Under the pieces are notes generated by a model. It searched no databases. It worked only from the letters and a program-made list of their open reading frames with translations, and was not told the origin of the DNA. Both the position numbers and the translations under genes were made by a program. Source: Candidatus Saccharimonadota bacterium (lineage in GTDB: Bacteria; Bacillota_I; Bacilli_A; Mycoplasmatales; Hepatoplasmataceae). From it: 32,000 bases of DNA. Every line of letters starts with the position of its first letter. The first letter of the stretch is position 1. The stretch spans positions 210,001 through 242,000 of the forward strand of contig AP027133.1 of NCBI GenBank assembly GCA_027925325.1, given 5' to 3'. This document shows, piece by piece, positions 9,652 through 20,488 of the stretch.

Positions 9652-10860
9652 ATGATTAATGTAAATTCAGAGTATAAAAAACTTAAAAAAGTTCTTTTAC
9701 ATAGACCGGGATGAGAAACTGAAAATTTGACGCCTTCTACCTATGAACGTTTACTTTTTGATGATTCTTATTATTTAAAAGAAGCACAACGCGAACATGA
9801 TGCATTTGCAGAATTACTTAGAAGTAAAGGTGTTGAAGTTATTTATTTGGAAAATCTTGCAGCAGAAGTTATCTCAATTTCAGCAAAAATTAAAGAAGAT
9901 TTTCTAAAAGAATTTATTATTGAGGGAGGAATTTCACATCATTCACATTTATTCTTAAGAGTACAAAAGTATCTTGCTTCATTTAAAGATAATTTAGAAC
10001 TTATTCGTAAATTAATGTCAGGAATTAGATTAAGCGAACTTCCAGAGATACAAGGAAAAAAATCATTGAGAGAATTAGAGAGTAATGATATTTGAGCGCT
10101 TGAGCCATTACCAAATTTAATTTTTACAAGAGATCCATTTGCTTCTATAGGTAATGGAGTTACGATTCATAAAATGACTTTCAAAACAAGACGAAGAGAG
10201 ACAAAGTTTGCTGAATATATTTTTAAATATCATAAAGATTATAAAAATACACGGCAATATTACACAAGAAATCGATCAACAAGCATTGAGGGTGGTGATA
10301 TTATGATTCTTTCAGAAACCGATATCGCTGTTGGTATTTCACAAAGAACACATCCTGATTCGCTTGAAAAATTAGCAACAAATTTATTTAGTGATAGTAA
10401 ATCCAAAATTTCAAGAATTTGAGGTGTATCAATTCCGAAGGGAAGATCATGAATGCATTTAGATACCGTATTCACACAGATTGATATTGATAAATTTTTG
10501 ATTTTTTCAAATTATCAATTTAGGATTTTTCAAGTTGCAAAATCTGGTAATGATATTAAGATTACTTCAGAAAAAATGTCTATTAGAAAATTAATGGAAA
10601 GAGTATTTGGAATTAAAAAAATCACAATTATTCATTGTGGTGATAAAGATCCAATTCATTCTGAGCGTGAACAATGAAATGATGGATCAAATGTTCTTGC
10701 GATTTCACCAAACGAAGTTATTGCTTATGATAGAAATCATATAACAAATAGTTTACTTAAAAAAAATGGCGTAATTGTCCATGAAATTCCATCATATGAA
10801 CTTTCAAGAGGGCGTGGTGGACCAAGGTGTATGTCAATGCCACTTGAAAGAGAAAATTAA
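9652..10860 (+). CDS. arcA: Arginine deiminase (402 aa)
   Basis: Joins track ORFs 9727-10095, 10174-10422 and 10453-10677, all in the same frame, via TGA=Trp. N-terminus [44 protein letters not shown]. The C-terminus ends [16 protein letters not shown] (catalytic Cys motif). Confidence 0.95.
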
Positions 10861-10884
10861 AAGAATAAATAAGAAGGTGTAAAA

Positions 10885-11862
10885 ATGGCTTTAAATTTAA
10901 AAAACAGATCAATTCTTGCCGTTGCTGATTTAACAACAGAAGAGGTTAAATATTTATTAAATCTAGCAAAAAAACTAAAAGAAGAAAAAATAACAAAACA
11001 CAAACATAATAATAAAAACATTGCAATTATTATGCAAAAAACATCAACACGTACACGTTCAGCATTTGAAGTTGCATCGATGAATTTAGGAATTGGAACA
11101 ACTTATATTTCAGGTTCGGATTCACAAATGGGAGTAAAAGAATCAATGGAAGATACAGCGAAGGTTATGGGAAGATTTTATGATGGTATTGCCTTTCGTG
11201 GTTTCAAACATGAAGATGTTGAGACTTTAGCAAATCATGCTGGAATTCCTGTATGAAATGCGCTTACTGATAAATGACATCCGACACAGATGTTTGCTGA
11301 TTATTTAACTGTACTTGAGAATTTTAAAACAACAAAAGTAAAATTTGTCTTTTTTGGTGATTGCAAAAATAATATGGGAAATTCTCTTGCTGTAATGGCT
11401 GCACATATGGGGGCTCATTTTGTTGGTTGTGCTCCTAAATCTTATTGACCAGCTGAAGATGTTATTGCAACAGCAAATCAAATTGCAAAAAAGACCGGAG
11501 CTAAGATTGAATTTACAGAAGATCCGATGATTGGGTCAAAAGATGCTGATGTAATTTATACCGATATCTGAGTATCAATGGGAGAACCGATCGATGTCTG
11601 AAAAAAAAGAATACATGATCTTCAACCATATCGAGTTGATAAAAAAATAATGAATAATGCCAAAAAATCAGCGATATTTATGCATTGTTTACCATCATAT
11701 CATGATTTAAATACCGATGTTGCAAAGCAAATTAATAAGCAATTTAAAATTAAAGAATTTGAAGTTACAGATGAGGTGTTTCGATCAAAACAATCAAAAG
11801 TATTTCAAGAAGCAGAGAATAGAATGCATACGATAAAAGCAATTATTGATGCGACGATTTAA
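10885..11862 (+). CDS. arcB: Ornithine carbamoyltransferase, catabolic context (325 aa)
   Basis: Contains the STRTR motif, PVWNALTDKWHPTQ and DIWVSMGEP (with the Trp residues encoded by TGA), and the HCLP motif. Joins track ORFs 10885-11256 and 11650-11862. Confidence 0.95.
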
Positions 11863-11892
11863 TTAAATTTCAATAAAGAAAGGGAAATTATA

Positions 11893-13491
11893 ATGTCTGA
11901 AGAGACAGATATTAAACCATTAAAGAGTAATTCAAATCATTCTAATGATAAAAAGAAGCGTAGATTTAAGATGCCATCGGCACTGGTAATTATTTTAGGT
12001 GTTATTGTTATTGTTACGATTCTTACGTGAGGATTTCAAGGACAAAGTTATGATTATTATGGTGAAGATGGACAAATAACCACCTCAACTGTTACGGCAG
12101 TTGGATTGTTTTCGATTCCGGTTTATATAATTGGCGGATTTGCAAATGCTGCAGGAATCATATTTTACTTATTTGTTTTAGGGTGATTTTTAGATGTAGT
12201 AATAGGTAGCGGAGCGATGGAAAAAGGAATTAAATCGCTTATTTCTGGTTTGCATGGAAAAGAGATAATATTAGTTCCTTTAATGTTTTTTTTATTTGCG
12301 CTAGGTGGAACTACCTTTGGTATGCAAGAAGAAACATTAGCCTTATATATTTTTATTGTTCCGATGTTTCTTCTTGCTGGTTTTGATACACTGACAGGAC
12401 TTTTGGTAATTTTGTTAGGTACTACAACCGGATTTGCTTCTTCTGTTATTAATCCCTTTTCAGTCGGTGTAGCCGTTGATTCGATTAATGATATGAGTAT
12501 AATGATTGATGGACAAACTATTAGTATAACAATCGGTGATGGAATGATCGCACGACTAGTTATGTTTATTATTCTTACTTCGATAGGTTGTATTTTTATT
12601 ACTCTTTATGCGATAAGAGTAAAAGCAAAACCAAAAAAATCCTTAACATATAAGACACGTGATAAGGATTTAGAGTGAGCGAAAAAATCATTTGAAAGTT
12701 CTATACATCAAAGTAAAAAGATGACCTGAAGACAAAAATGGATTCTTTCACTTTTTGGAATTACATTTTTAATAATGTTTTTAGGAATGTTTCCTTGATA
12801 TACATTTTTTAATGATGGAGCAGCAAGAAATAATATTGATAATCCTAGTTGAAATTCATGATTAATCGGTGGAATGAGTACGTTTGGAGCTTGAGATTTT
12901 CCAGAATTAATATTATTATTTGGTGTTTCTGCTTTTGTTATCTCTTTAATTGCAAAAATGCGCGGAGGAGAGATATTAGAATCTTTTTGAAGAGGATCAA
13001 AAGATATGTTAAGCGTAGCAATTATTATCGCTGTTGCTAGAGCTATTCCGGGAATTTTAAGTGCTTCAGGATTAGATTATTATATTGCACAGGGAATCGG
13101 AGGAGCGATCGGTAACGTTGGCGCATGAGGTTGATCATATTCAATGTTTCTTGTATTTTTCATTTTTGCTTTACTTATTCCTTCGACATCAGGATTAGCA
13201 GCTGCAACAATGGGAACATTTTCAATCGTTGCCTCTGAAATTTCATCATTTAATTCAAGTCCTGAACAATTTACACAAATATTAATCGTAACAGTCTGTG
13301 TTTATTCACTTGCGGTCGGGGTTATTAATATGTTTATTCCGACACAAGCCGTTGTGATGCTTTCTTGTGAAAGAGCGAGAGTTCCTTATGGAACGGCCTT
13401 AAAACCGATTGGAATTTATATATTAATACAATTGGCGGTAATTTTTGCAATAATAATTCCTTTATTACAAATTATTGCTAATAATTATTAA
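11893..13491 (+). CDS. YfcC-family membrane transporter (DcuC-like fold), probable arginine/ornithine exchanger of the ADI operon (532 aa)
   Basis: Continuous frame with many TGA=Trp codons, joining ORFs 12217-12678 and 13144-13491. Strong similarity to E. coli YfcC as I recall it (RRFKMPSALVII..., LFALGGTTFGMQEE, GFASSVINPF). Multiple hydrophobic segments. Confidence 0.85.
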
Positions 13492-13531
13492 ATTTAAGAT
13501 AAAAGGAAAGATATTAATTATTAAAAATATT

Positions 13532-14473
13532 ATGAAAAAAAAACGTATCGTATTAGCGCTTGGTGGCAATGCTTTAGGTGATACACCGAAGGAACAACAA
13601 GAAGCAGTAAAGAAAACAGCTATTTCAATCGCTGATTTAATTGAAGAAGGACATCAAGTTTTAATCGGACATGGAAATGGTCCGCAAGTAGGTATGATCT
13701 CTTTAGCTTTTGATGAAGCTTCCAAAATTAATCAAAAAGTTCCACAATTAGATTTAGTTCTTGCTGGAGCTATGTCACAAGGATATATCGGAATCCATTT
13801 AAAAAATGCGATTGATAATGAGCTTTTAAAGAGAAAGATTAACAAAAATGTATATGCATTAATTTCACAAGCAATAGTTGATTATAAAGATAAGGCTTTT
13901 AGTAATCCAACAAAGCCAATCGGTAGTTTTTATTCAGAAAAACAAGCAAAGAAAATAGCACAGGATACCGGATGGGTATTTATCGAAGATTCAGGAAGAG
14001 GATATCGAAGAGTCGTTCCTTCTCCCAAACCGATAACCTTAATGGAAAGAGAGCTGATTAAAAAAGGATTAGATGATGGATTTATTTTAATCGCTGGAGG
14101 CGGAGGGGCGATTGCTACTTATCAAAAAGATAATAAATATAATATGATCGATGCAGTAATAGATAAAGATTATACGGCGGAAAAAATGGCAGAAATAGTT
14201 GATGCCGATTTATTTGTAATAGTTACGGCGGTTGATGGTATCTATTTAAATTACAATAAACCAAATCAAAAAAAACTTGATCATCCTAAAATAAAAGAAT
14301 TGAAAAACCTTATTAATAATAAGATCTTTCCGTCCGGATCAATGGGACCAAAAGTAGAGATGGCAGTTAAATTTGCGGAATCAAAATTACAAAGAAAATC
14401 AATCATTACATCTTTAGATAAATTAAAAGAATCTTTAAATGATGATAAATTTGGCTCTCATATTGAGAATTAA
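13532..14473 (+). CDS. arcC: Carbamate kinase (313 aa)
   Basis: MKKKRIVLALGGNAL and GHGNGPQVG motifs. I chose ATG 13532 over the track's TTG at 13475, which overlaps the yfcC end. Confidence 0.95.
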   Translation: MKKKRIVLALGGNALGDTPKEQQEAVKKTAISIADLIEEGHQVLIGHGNGPQVGMISLAFDEASKINQKVPQLDLVLAGAMSQGYIGIHLKNAIDNELLKRKINKNVYALISQAIVDYKDKAFSNPTKPIGSFYSEKQAKKIAQDTGWVFIEDSGRGYRRVVPSPKPITLMERELIKKGLDDGFILIAGGGGAIATYQKDNKYNMIDAVIDKDYTAEKMAEIVDADLFVIVTAVDGIYLNYNKPNQKKLDHPKIKELKNLINNKIFPSGSMGPKVEMAVKFAESKLQRKSIITSLDKLKESLNDDKFGSHIEN

Positions 14474-14479
14474 TTATTA

Positions 14480-14763
14480 TTAATCTTCATCTTGTGGACG
14501 ATCAAGTATTTCAGACATTTTTTTGGTATTTTTTTTCATTTTAATATCAACAAATAATAAAACTAATATTAATATAATTAATATTATTAAAATCGTAATT
14601 ATTAAATATACGATATTTTTTGCAGATTGATTGTCTTCGGTTTTTATCGTTCCATTTTCAGAAATATCTAATGAATCATCTTCTACAATATCTGTAAAAC
14701 TTAAATTAATAAAATTATAGGTAGTATTTGCTTTAAGATTATTAACCTTAAAACTAAATTGAT
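14480..14763 (-). pseudogene. Orphan 3' fragment of the RCC1 surface-protein gene: last beta-module, TM anchor and short cytoplasmic tail, with no start codon
   Basis: Reads ...QFSFKVNNLKANTTYNFINLSFTDIVEDDSLDISENGTIKTEDNQSAKNIVYLIITILIILIILILVLLFVDIKMKKNTKKMSEILDRPQDED, with TAA at 14480-14482. On the minus strand the frame only opens at 14791 and has no initiator. Its upstream partner sequence is present in inverted orientation. Confidence 0.6.
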
Positions 14764-14912
14764 CAAGAAAATGGAACTGTGCAATATCAATTTAGTTTTA
14801 AGGTTAATAATCTTAAAGCAAATACTACCTATAATTTTATTAATTTAAGTTTTACAGATATTGTAGAAGATGATTCATTAGATATTTCTGAAAATGGAAC
14901 GATAAAAACCGA
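14637..14912. repeat. Perfect 127-bp inverted repeat (14637-14763 vs 14786-14912) with a 22-bp spacer
   Basis: I compared the reverse complement base by base and the arms are identical. The match stops at both ends (14764 c vs 14785 t; 14636 vs 14913). Confidence 0.85.
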
Positions 14913-15808
14913 TTCTAATTCTCAACAATTTATTCTTAATGCTGATTATCAAGTTGAATTGCAAAATTTAAATGCAGAAACAAATTATAAAATAGATTCT
15001 ATCAATTATTTTTATCAAAATGGAACTTATAAATATACAATTGATCAAAATATAGTAACTTTTAAAACAGAACCAGCAACACCAGAAATAAAAGCAGATA
15101 CAATTGCCTTAGTTGATAATTCTTTACAAAAAAATCAATTTCAGTATACAATTGAAATTGATAATTTAAAAGCAAATTCTGATAAGACAAATTTTACACA
15201 ATATGATGTAAATGAAGGAATTTGACTTGTTGATCAAGATAATAATTACTATCATTCAACATTTATCGATGCAAAAATAATTTCAAGCGGAACGATAAAT
15301 GGAACACAAAATTATCAATTAACATTTTTACAAAATGATCTTATAAGTGGACAAACTTATCAATTTAATGGAATAAGTATTACCGATCCAAATACATCAA
15401 CAGATGATATTATTAATTTTTCTGATCCATTTATCATTACAACTACAATAATTGATAAAAATTTTGTTAGTGATAGTTTTATTATTGATCAATCCTCAAT
15501 TACAAAAAATTCATTTACTTATACCGTAGCAATTGATAATTTAATTTTAATAAATGAAGATGAGAAAAATCCACAATTTGAAAATTTTAATCTGGATGAT
15601 GGATTATATTTAATCGATAATAATGATGATAGTTACAGTTCAAATTACATCGAGGGAAGTGCTATCAAACTAAGTGAGAACCAAGAAAATGGAACTGTGC
15701 AATATCAATTTAGTTTTAAGGTTAATAATCTTAAAGCAAATACTACCTATAATTTTATTAATTTAAGTTTTACAGATATTGTAGAAGATGATTCATTAGA
15801 TATTTCTG
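14764..15808 (+). pseudogene. Internal body of the RCC1 surface-protein gene (beta-sandwich modules) lying on the opposite strand to its 5' and 3' parts, with no start codon or signal peptide
   Basis: The plus-strand frame (track ORF 14779-15225, extended through TGA) opens at 14758 without an ATG. It encodes ...SNSQQFILNADYQVELQNLNAETNYKIDSINYFYQNGTYKYTIDQNIVTFK...QFSFKVNNLKANTTYNFINLSFTDIVEDDSLDIS. The 1045-bp segment begins and ends with the same 127-mer (14764-14890 = 15682-15808), so the unit is 918 bp = 306 codons. Confidence 0.6.
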
Positions 15809-15935
15809 TGTATATTTATAAGTTCCATTTTGATAAAAATAATTGATAGAATCTATTTTATAATTTGTTTCTGCATTTAAATTTTGCAATTCAACTTGAT
15901 AATCAGCATTAAGAATAAATTGTTGAGAATTAGAA
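15682..15935. repeat. Two abutting 127-bp repeat copies: 15682-15808 (direct copy of 14764-14890) and 15809-15935 (reverse complement of 14913-15039)
   Basis: Aligned by eye, both are identical over exactly 127 nt, with mismatches immediately outside each block. Confidence 0.85.
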
Positions 15936-17764
15936 ACATTATTATCGATATTTGTATAATTTAATTCTATTTTCCTTTGATCATCTGTGTAATTATTAAT
16001 ATTAAAATCAGCGCTATTTTGATCTAAATTTAAAGCAAAGGTAGCTGTTTCTTCCGCAGCGGAAACAAAATTATAACTAGAAATTAAATAATCTGTTGTA
16101 ATTTGTGGTTGATTTAATTCAAATTCATCTTCATTAATTATTATTTTAGTGAAATTATAACTTTGACCATACATAATATTATTTACTTGATAATAATATT
16201 GATCATTATTTATATTAGATTTATCTGTAATAAAAGTTGTTGTATAACTAACATCATTCTGATCAATTAAAATTACTTCAGGAGATTGATTTATGATATC
16301 TTTATAATCATTTAAAATAATATTTAATTCAATATTATTATTATCTTCGTAATAAAATTCTGTTTTATTAATAAAGAAATCAAAAGAAGAATCAATTAAT
16401 GTTGGAACATGTTTATCAACTGTACTATTATCACCAAGTTGTCCATCGGCATTATGTCCCCACATATACAAGGTATCGGCATATCCATCTAAATCAATAT
16501 CAATCGTAATACCACTATGAAGTGAACCTAAACTTAAATCAATAACATTCCCATCTCAATCACTCTCTTGTGGGGTTATTTTTGTTGGAACATGTTTATC
16601 GCTTGTATTATTATCACCAATTTGACCCTCACTATTATCTCCTCACACATATAAAGTATCAGCATATCCATCTAAATCTTCATCAATCGTAACACCGCTA
16701 TCATTTGAACCTAAATCTAAATCAATAATATCTCCACCTCAATTACTTTGTCCCTGCGGAGTTATTTTTGTTGGAACATCTTTATTAATTGTACTATCAT
16801 CACCAAGTTTTCCATCACTATTATCTCCTCACATATACAAAGTATCAGCATATCCATCTAAATCTTCATCAATTGTAATCCCACTATGATTTCCGCTTAA
16901 ACTTAAATCAATAATATCTCCATTTCAATCACTTTGCCCTTGTGGAGTTATTTTTGTCGGAGTATCTCTATTAAATACAGTATTATCACCAATTTGACCC
17001 TCATTATTATCTCCTCACATATATAATGTATCGGCATATCCATCTAAATTGGTATCAATCGTAACACCGCTATGACTTCCACTTAAACTTAAATCAATAA
17101 TATTTCCACTTCAATCACTTTGTCCTTGTGGAGTTATTTTTGTTGGAACATCTTTATTAATTGTACTATCATCACCAAGTTGTCCACTACCATTATATCC
17201 TCACATATATAATGTATCGGCATATCCATCTAAATCGGTATCAACTGTAGCACCACTATTATTTGTACCTAAATCTAAATCAATAATATCTCCACCTCAA
17301 TCACTTTGCCCTTGTGGAGTTATTTTTGTCGGAACATGTTTATCGCTTGTACTATTATCACCAAGTTGGCCATAATTATTTCTTCCTCACATATATAATG
17401 TATCGGCATATCCATCTAAATCGGTATCAATTGTAACGCCACTATGATATGATCCTAAACTTAAATCAATAACATTCCCACCTCAATCACTTTGCCCTTG
17501 TAGGGTTATTTTTGTTGGAACATGTTTATCACTTGTACTATTGTCACCAATTTGTCCATATTGATTATCTCCTCACATATAAAGAGTATCTGCATAAAGA
17601 TCATTATCGGTATCAACTGTAGCACCACTATTATTTCACCATGTTTTAAGTGACAGAATTTTATCGTTTGTACTTAATTCTTTATTTTTTAAGTGATTTG
17701 GTTTATTTAAACCTATGCTTAAAAATAAAAAAGGTATCAAAAGAAGTGAAAATATTTTTTTCAT
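15770..17764 (-). CDS. Signal peptide + 7-bladed RCC1-like propeller surface protein, 5' portion. The ORF ends 39 nt past the rearrangement junction (664 aa as assembled)
   Basis: ATG at 17764 (MKKIFSLLLIPFLFLSIGLNK...). Seven repeats of the type DGYADTLYMWGxNxxGQ[IL]GDNST..K.VPTKITPQGQSDWGG.IIDL, with Trp mostly encoded by TGA. It joins track ORF 15770-16471. The last 12 residues (QKYLMNHLLQYL) are antisense of the 127-bp repeat. Confidence 0.75.
16400..17640 (-). repeat. Tandem ~180-nt (60-aa) coding repeats = seven RCC1 blades with high mutual DNA identity
   Basis: Strings such as gcatatccatctaaatc and cctcacatata recur with a ~180-nt period. Confidence 0.7.
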
Positions 17765-17870
17765 ATTTACTAAATTAACTAACTATATGTTATAACAACT
17801 TAAAATTATAACACGTTTTTATTGATTAAAATTATCATTATAATTGTATTTAGGAATTTATTTAGATAAA

Positions 17871-19295
17871 TTAAATATTAATTATTATTACTTTTTCTTT
17901 TGTCATCGCAAGAATTGAATTTTTGATTCCTTGTGTTCCTAAACCAGAATCTTTGTAACCTATAAATGGAAAATTATCGGGTCCTCGTTGGCTTTTTTTA
18001 TTAAAATTTATCGTTCCAACCTCTAGTTTTTCGGCTATTTTAAATAGATTATTGAGATCTCTTGCAAAAATAGATGCCTGTAAACCAAATGATGTATCAT
18101 TATGAATTTTAATCAAATGATCAAAATTATCATAGGTGATAATCGGTAAAATTGGACCGAATTGTTCTTCTTTTGCTAATCGATCTGTTGATAAGACATT
18201 TGTGACCAAAGTTGGATAAAAGATATTATTTTTTATATCTTTTTTATTGCCGATTAAAATTTTTGCTTTTTGATTTAAATCTGATAATAATTCCTCTTGA
18301 TATTTTAAGCTTTTTTGATCGATTAAAGGGATGATATCTGCATTATCTTGCGGAAGGCCAATTTTTAATTTCTTAATTTTTGATAGTAAAAGCTTTTCTA
18401 AAATTTCTTTATTTTTTTTATCAACAAAGACACGTTTAATCGCTGTACATCTCTGTCCAGAATAAGAAAATGCTCCTTTGATAATTTCATCACTTGCCTT
18501 TTCTAAATTAGCACCATCAATAATAATCGCAGCATCTTTTCCGCCAAGTTCCATAATTATTGGAATCATTTTTGCTTTGCTTGCAATCTCTTTTCCAACA
18601 TTTGTGCTTCCTGTAAAATTTATAAAATTAATTAAAGGATGAGTTACTAAGTAATCACTTATTTCTCTTCCTCGTCCTGTTATTAAATTTATAATTCCAT
18701 CTTCAGCTTTTGTTTGCTCTCATAATTTAATTAATTCGATGGCAACAAAACTTCCTTGTGTTGCTGGTTTAAAAACACAGACATTACCACTAATTAAAGC
18801 CGGTGCAATTTTAGAGATAACTAAATTTATTGGAAAATTAAATGGACTAATAATCAAAATAACTCCGTATGGTTTGCGTTGAATTAAGGCAATTTTATCT
18901 TTTTTGCCATCATAAAATTGTTCACTTGTTCTTGCTTCAAGATTTATACGATACATTTCTTCGATTGTATATCTTATATAAGTAACAGATCTTTCAACTT
19001 CAATTAATGAATCTTGATAATTTTTTGCAACCTCATTTACAATTAATTTAGCAAGTTTTTCTTTATTTTTTTCAATTAGATCGGCTCATTTTTTAAGATA
19101 AACTGCTCGTTCCGAAATTGTTTTATTTTCTCATTCAATTTGTTTATTGCTTGCAAATTGATAGATTTTATCAACTAGTTCCTTTTTTAAAGCTGGAACT
19201 TTTGCATAAGAAGTATTGGTAGATGGATTTAAAATCTCAACATAATCTTTTGTTTTATATTCTTTTCCTAAAATTTTATATTTTCCAATTAACAT
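17871..19295 (-). CDS. gapN: NADP-dependent non-phosphorylating glyceraldehyde-3-phosphate dehydrogenase (474 aa)
   Basis: Joins track ORFs 17871-18569 and 18720-18956 plus upstream sequence via TGA codons. Close match to GapN: ISPFNFPINLVISKIAPALISGNVCVFKP, NFINFTGST, ELGGKDAAII, YSGQRCTAIKRV, QLEVGTINFNKKSQRGPDNFPFIG. Confidence 0.92.
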
Positions 19296-19322
19296 AATTT
19301 AATGATCTTTCTTTTAAATATT

Positions 19323-20210
19323 TTAATTTCCAATTTTATCAAAAAAATTTGATAAAAAATCGCTCACGCCATTATTATTATTATCATATTTTGTAATGTG
19401 GTTTGCAATTTCTTTTATTTCATCTAATCCGTTTATCATTGCGACACCATGATTTGCATTTTTAATCATTTCGTAATCATTTAAATTGTCGCCGATTGTG
19501 ATTATATTCTCTTTTTTTATTTTATATTTATTAGCAATAAATAAAATTGAACTTCATTTATTATATTTTTTATTATTTATCTCTAAAATGATTGAATCTC
19601 CTAATTTATCTCGTCAATATCATAAGTTTAATTGATTGTTATATTTTGCTTTTAATTTATTTAAAATTTCTTTTGTATCGATATTATCTTTTATTTTTAA
19701 ATGCATATAAGCACTAATCGGTTGATTTATCACTTTATCTATATTTAATTTTTTTATTTTAAAATTATCAAAATTATTATAGAATTCAAGAATTAATTGA
19801 TCATTAAAATTTTCAATTTCTACATGATCTAGGTATTTAAAAATTAAATTATATTTAATATCTTGTAAAATTTTTTCTTTTGCAATGGATCTTAAAATAT
19901 CAAGATCCATTTTTGTCTCTAATAGAATTTTATTTTTTTTAGGAATTGAGATATAGCAACCATTAAAATTAGAGAGAATAATGTTTAAATTTATATTTTT
20001 AAATAATTCTTCGGTTGATTTTAAACTTCTTCCGGTTGCAATTACAATTTTATGACCCTTTTTATTTAATTTATTTAAAATTTTAATTTCATCATCTAAA
20101 ATGTGATTTGATGGTTGATTGCTATTGATATTTTGATCAGGGATTAAAGTTCGATCGATATCTAGGGCAATTAATCATTTTTCTTTTTGATATTTTAATT
20201 TATCTTTCAT
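19323..20210 (-). CDS. Cof-type HAD-IIB family hydrolase/phosphatase (295 aa)
   Basis: Hand translation with TGA=Trp gives MKDKLKYQKEKWLIALDIDRTLI (DxDxT motif I), ATGRS (motif II region) and GDNLNDYEMIKNANHGVAM (motif IV, GDxxND). It contains track ORF 19620-19910 in frame. Confidence 0.8.
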
Positions 20211-20300
20211 ATTAATAAAATTATATTTTTTTATTAATTTATTTAGATAATTTATTTATCTATATAAATTTTTGTATAATATATTTTTGTGAGGTGATTA

Positions 20301-20444
20301 ATGATTAATTGAGTTAATTTAAGAACGCAAAAAGTTCATAAAAGTGAAGCTTGTTGTAAAAAAAGTTTAAAAGGAAGTAAATGTGAAGTTTACGATCCAA
20401 AAGAAGATGGTAAGAAAATAAAATGCAAGGTATGCAATAAATAA
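20301..20444 (+). CDS. Small Cys-rich (putative zinc-ribbon) protein, 47 aa
   Basis: Strong SD (GAGGTGA) 3 nt upstream of the ATG. Sequence: MINWVNLRTQKVHKSEACCKKSLKGSKCEVYDPKEDGKKIKCKVCNK. A strong terminator hairpin overlaps the last two bases of the TAA stop. It does not match L32, L33 or L36 as I recall them. Confidence 0.5.
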
Positions 20445-20472
20445 AAGAAGTGCTCGATTGAGCACTTCTTTT
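20443..20472. terminator. Bidirectional rho-independent terminator between convergent genes
   Basis: 13-bp perfect stem AAAAGAAGTGCTC / GAGCACTTCTTTT with loop GATT, and T-rich/A-rich flanks on both strands. Confidence 0.75.
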
Positions 20473-20488
20473 ATTTTATTTAAATCTA

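Noticed and set aside
7447-13040. Track ORFs 7447-7629 and 9037-9240 (plus strand), 10260-10475 (minus strand) and 12849-13040 (plus strand)
   Set aside because: The first three are antisense to SDR3, the Panacea gene and arcA respectively. The last is in a different frame inside the yfcC gene, which is continuous under table 4.
14480-17764. Site-specific invertase or shufflon system driving the inversion at the RCC1 locus
   Set aside because: No recombinase, integrase or transposase ORF occurs anywhere in the window under table 4. The exact 127-bp block lengths point more to an assembly origin. It is kept only as the alternative hypothesis in the finding.
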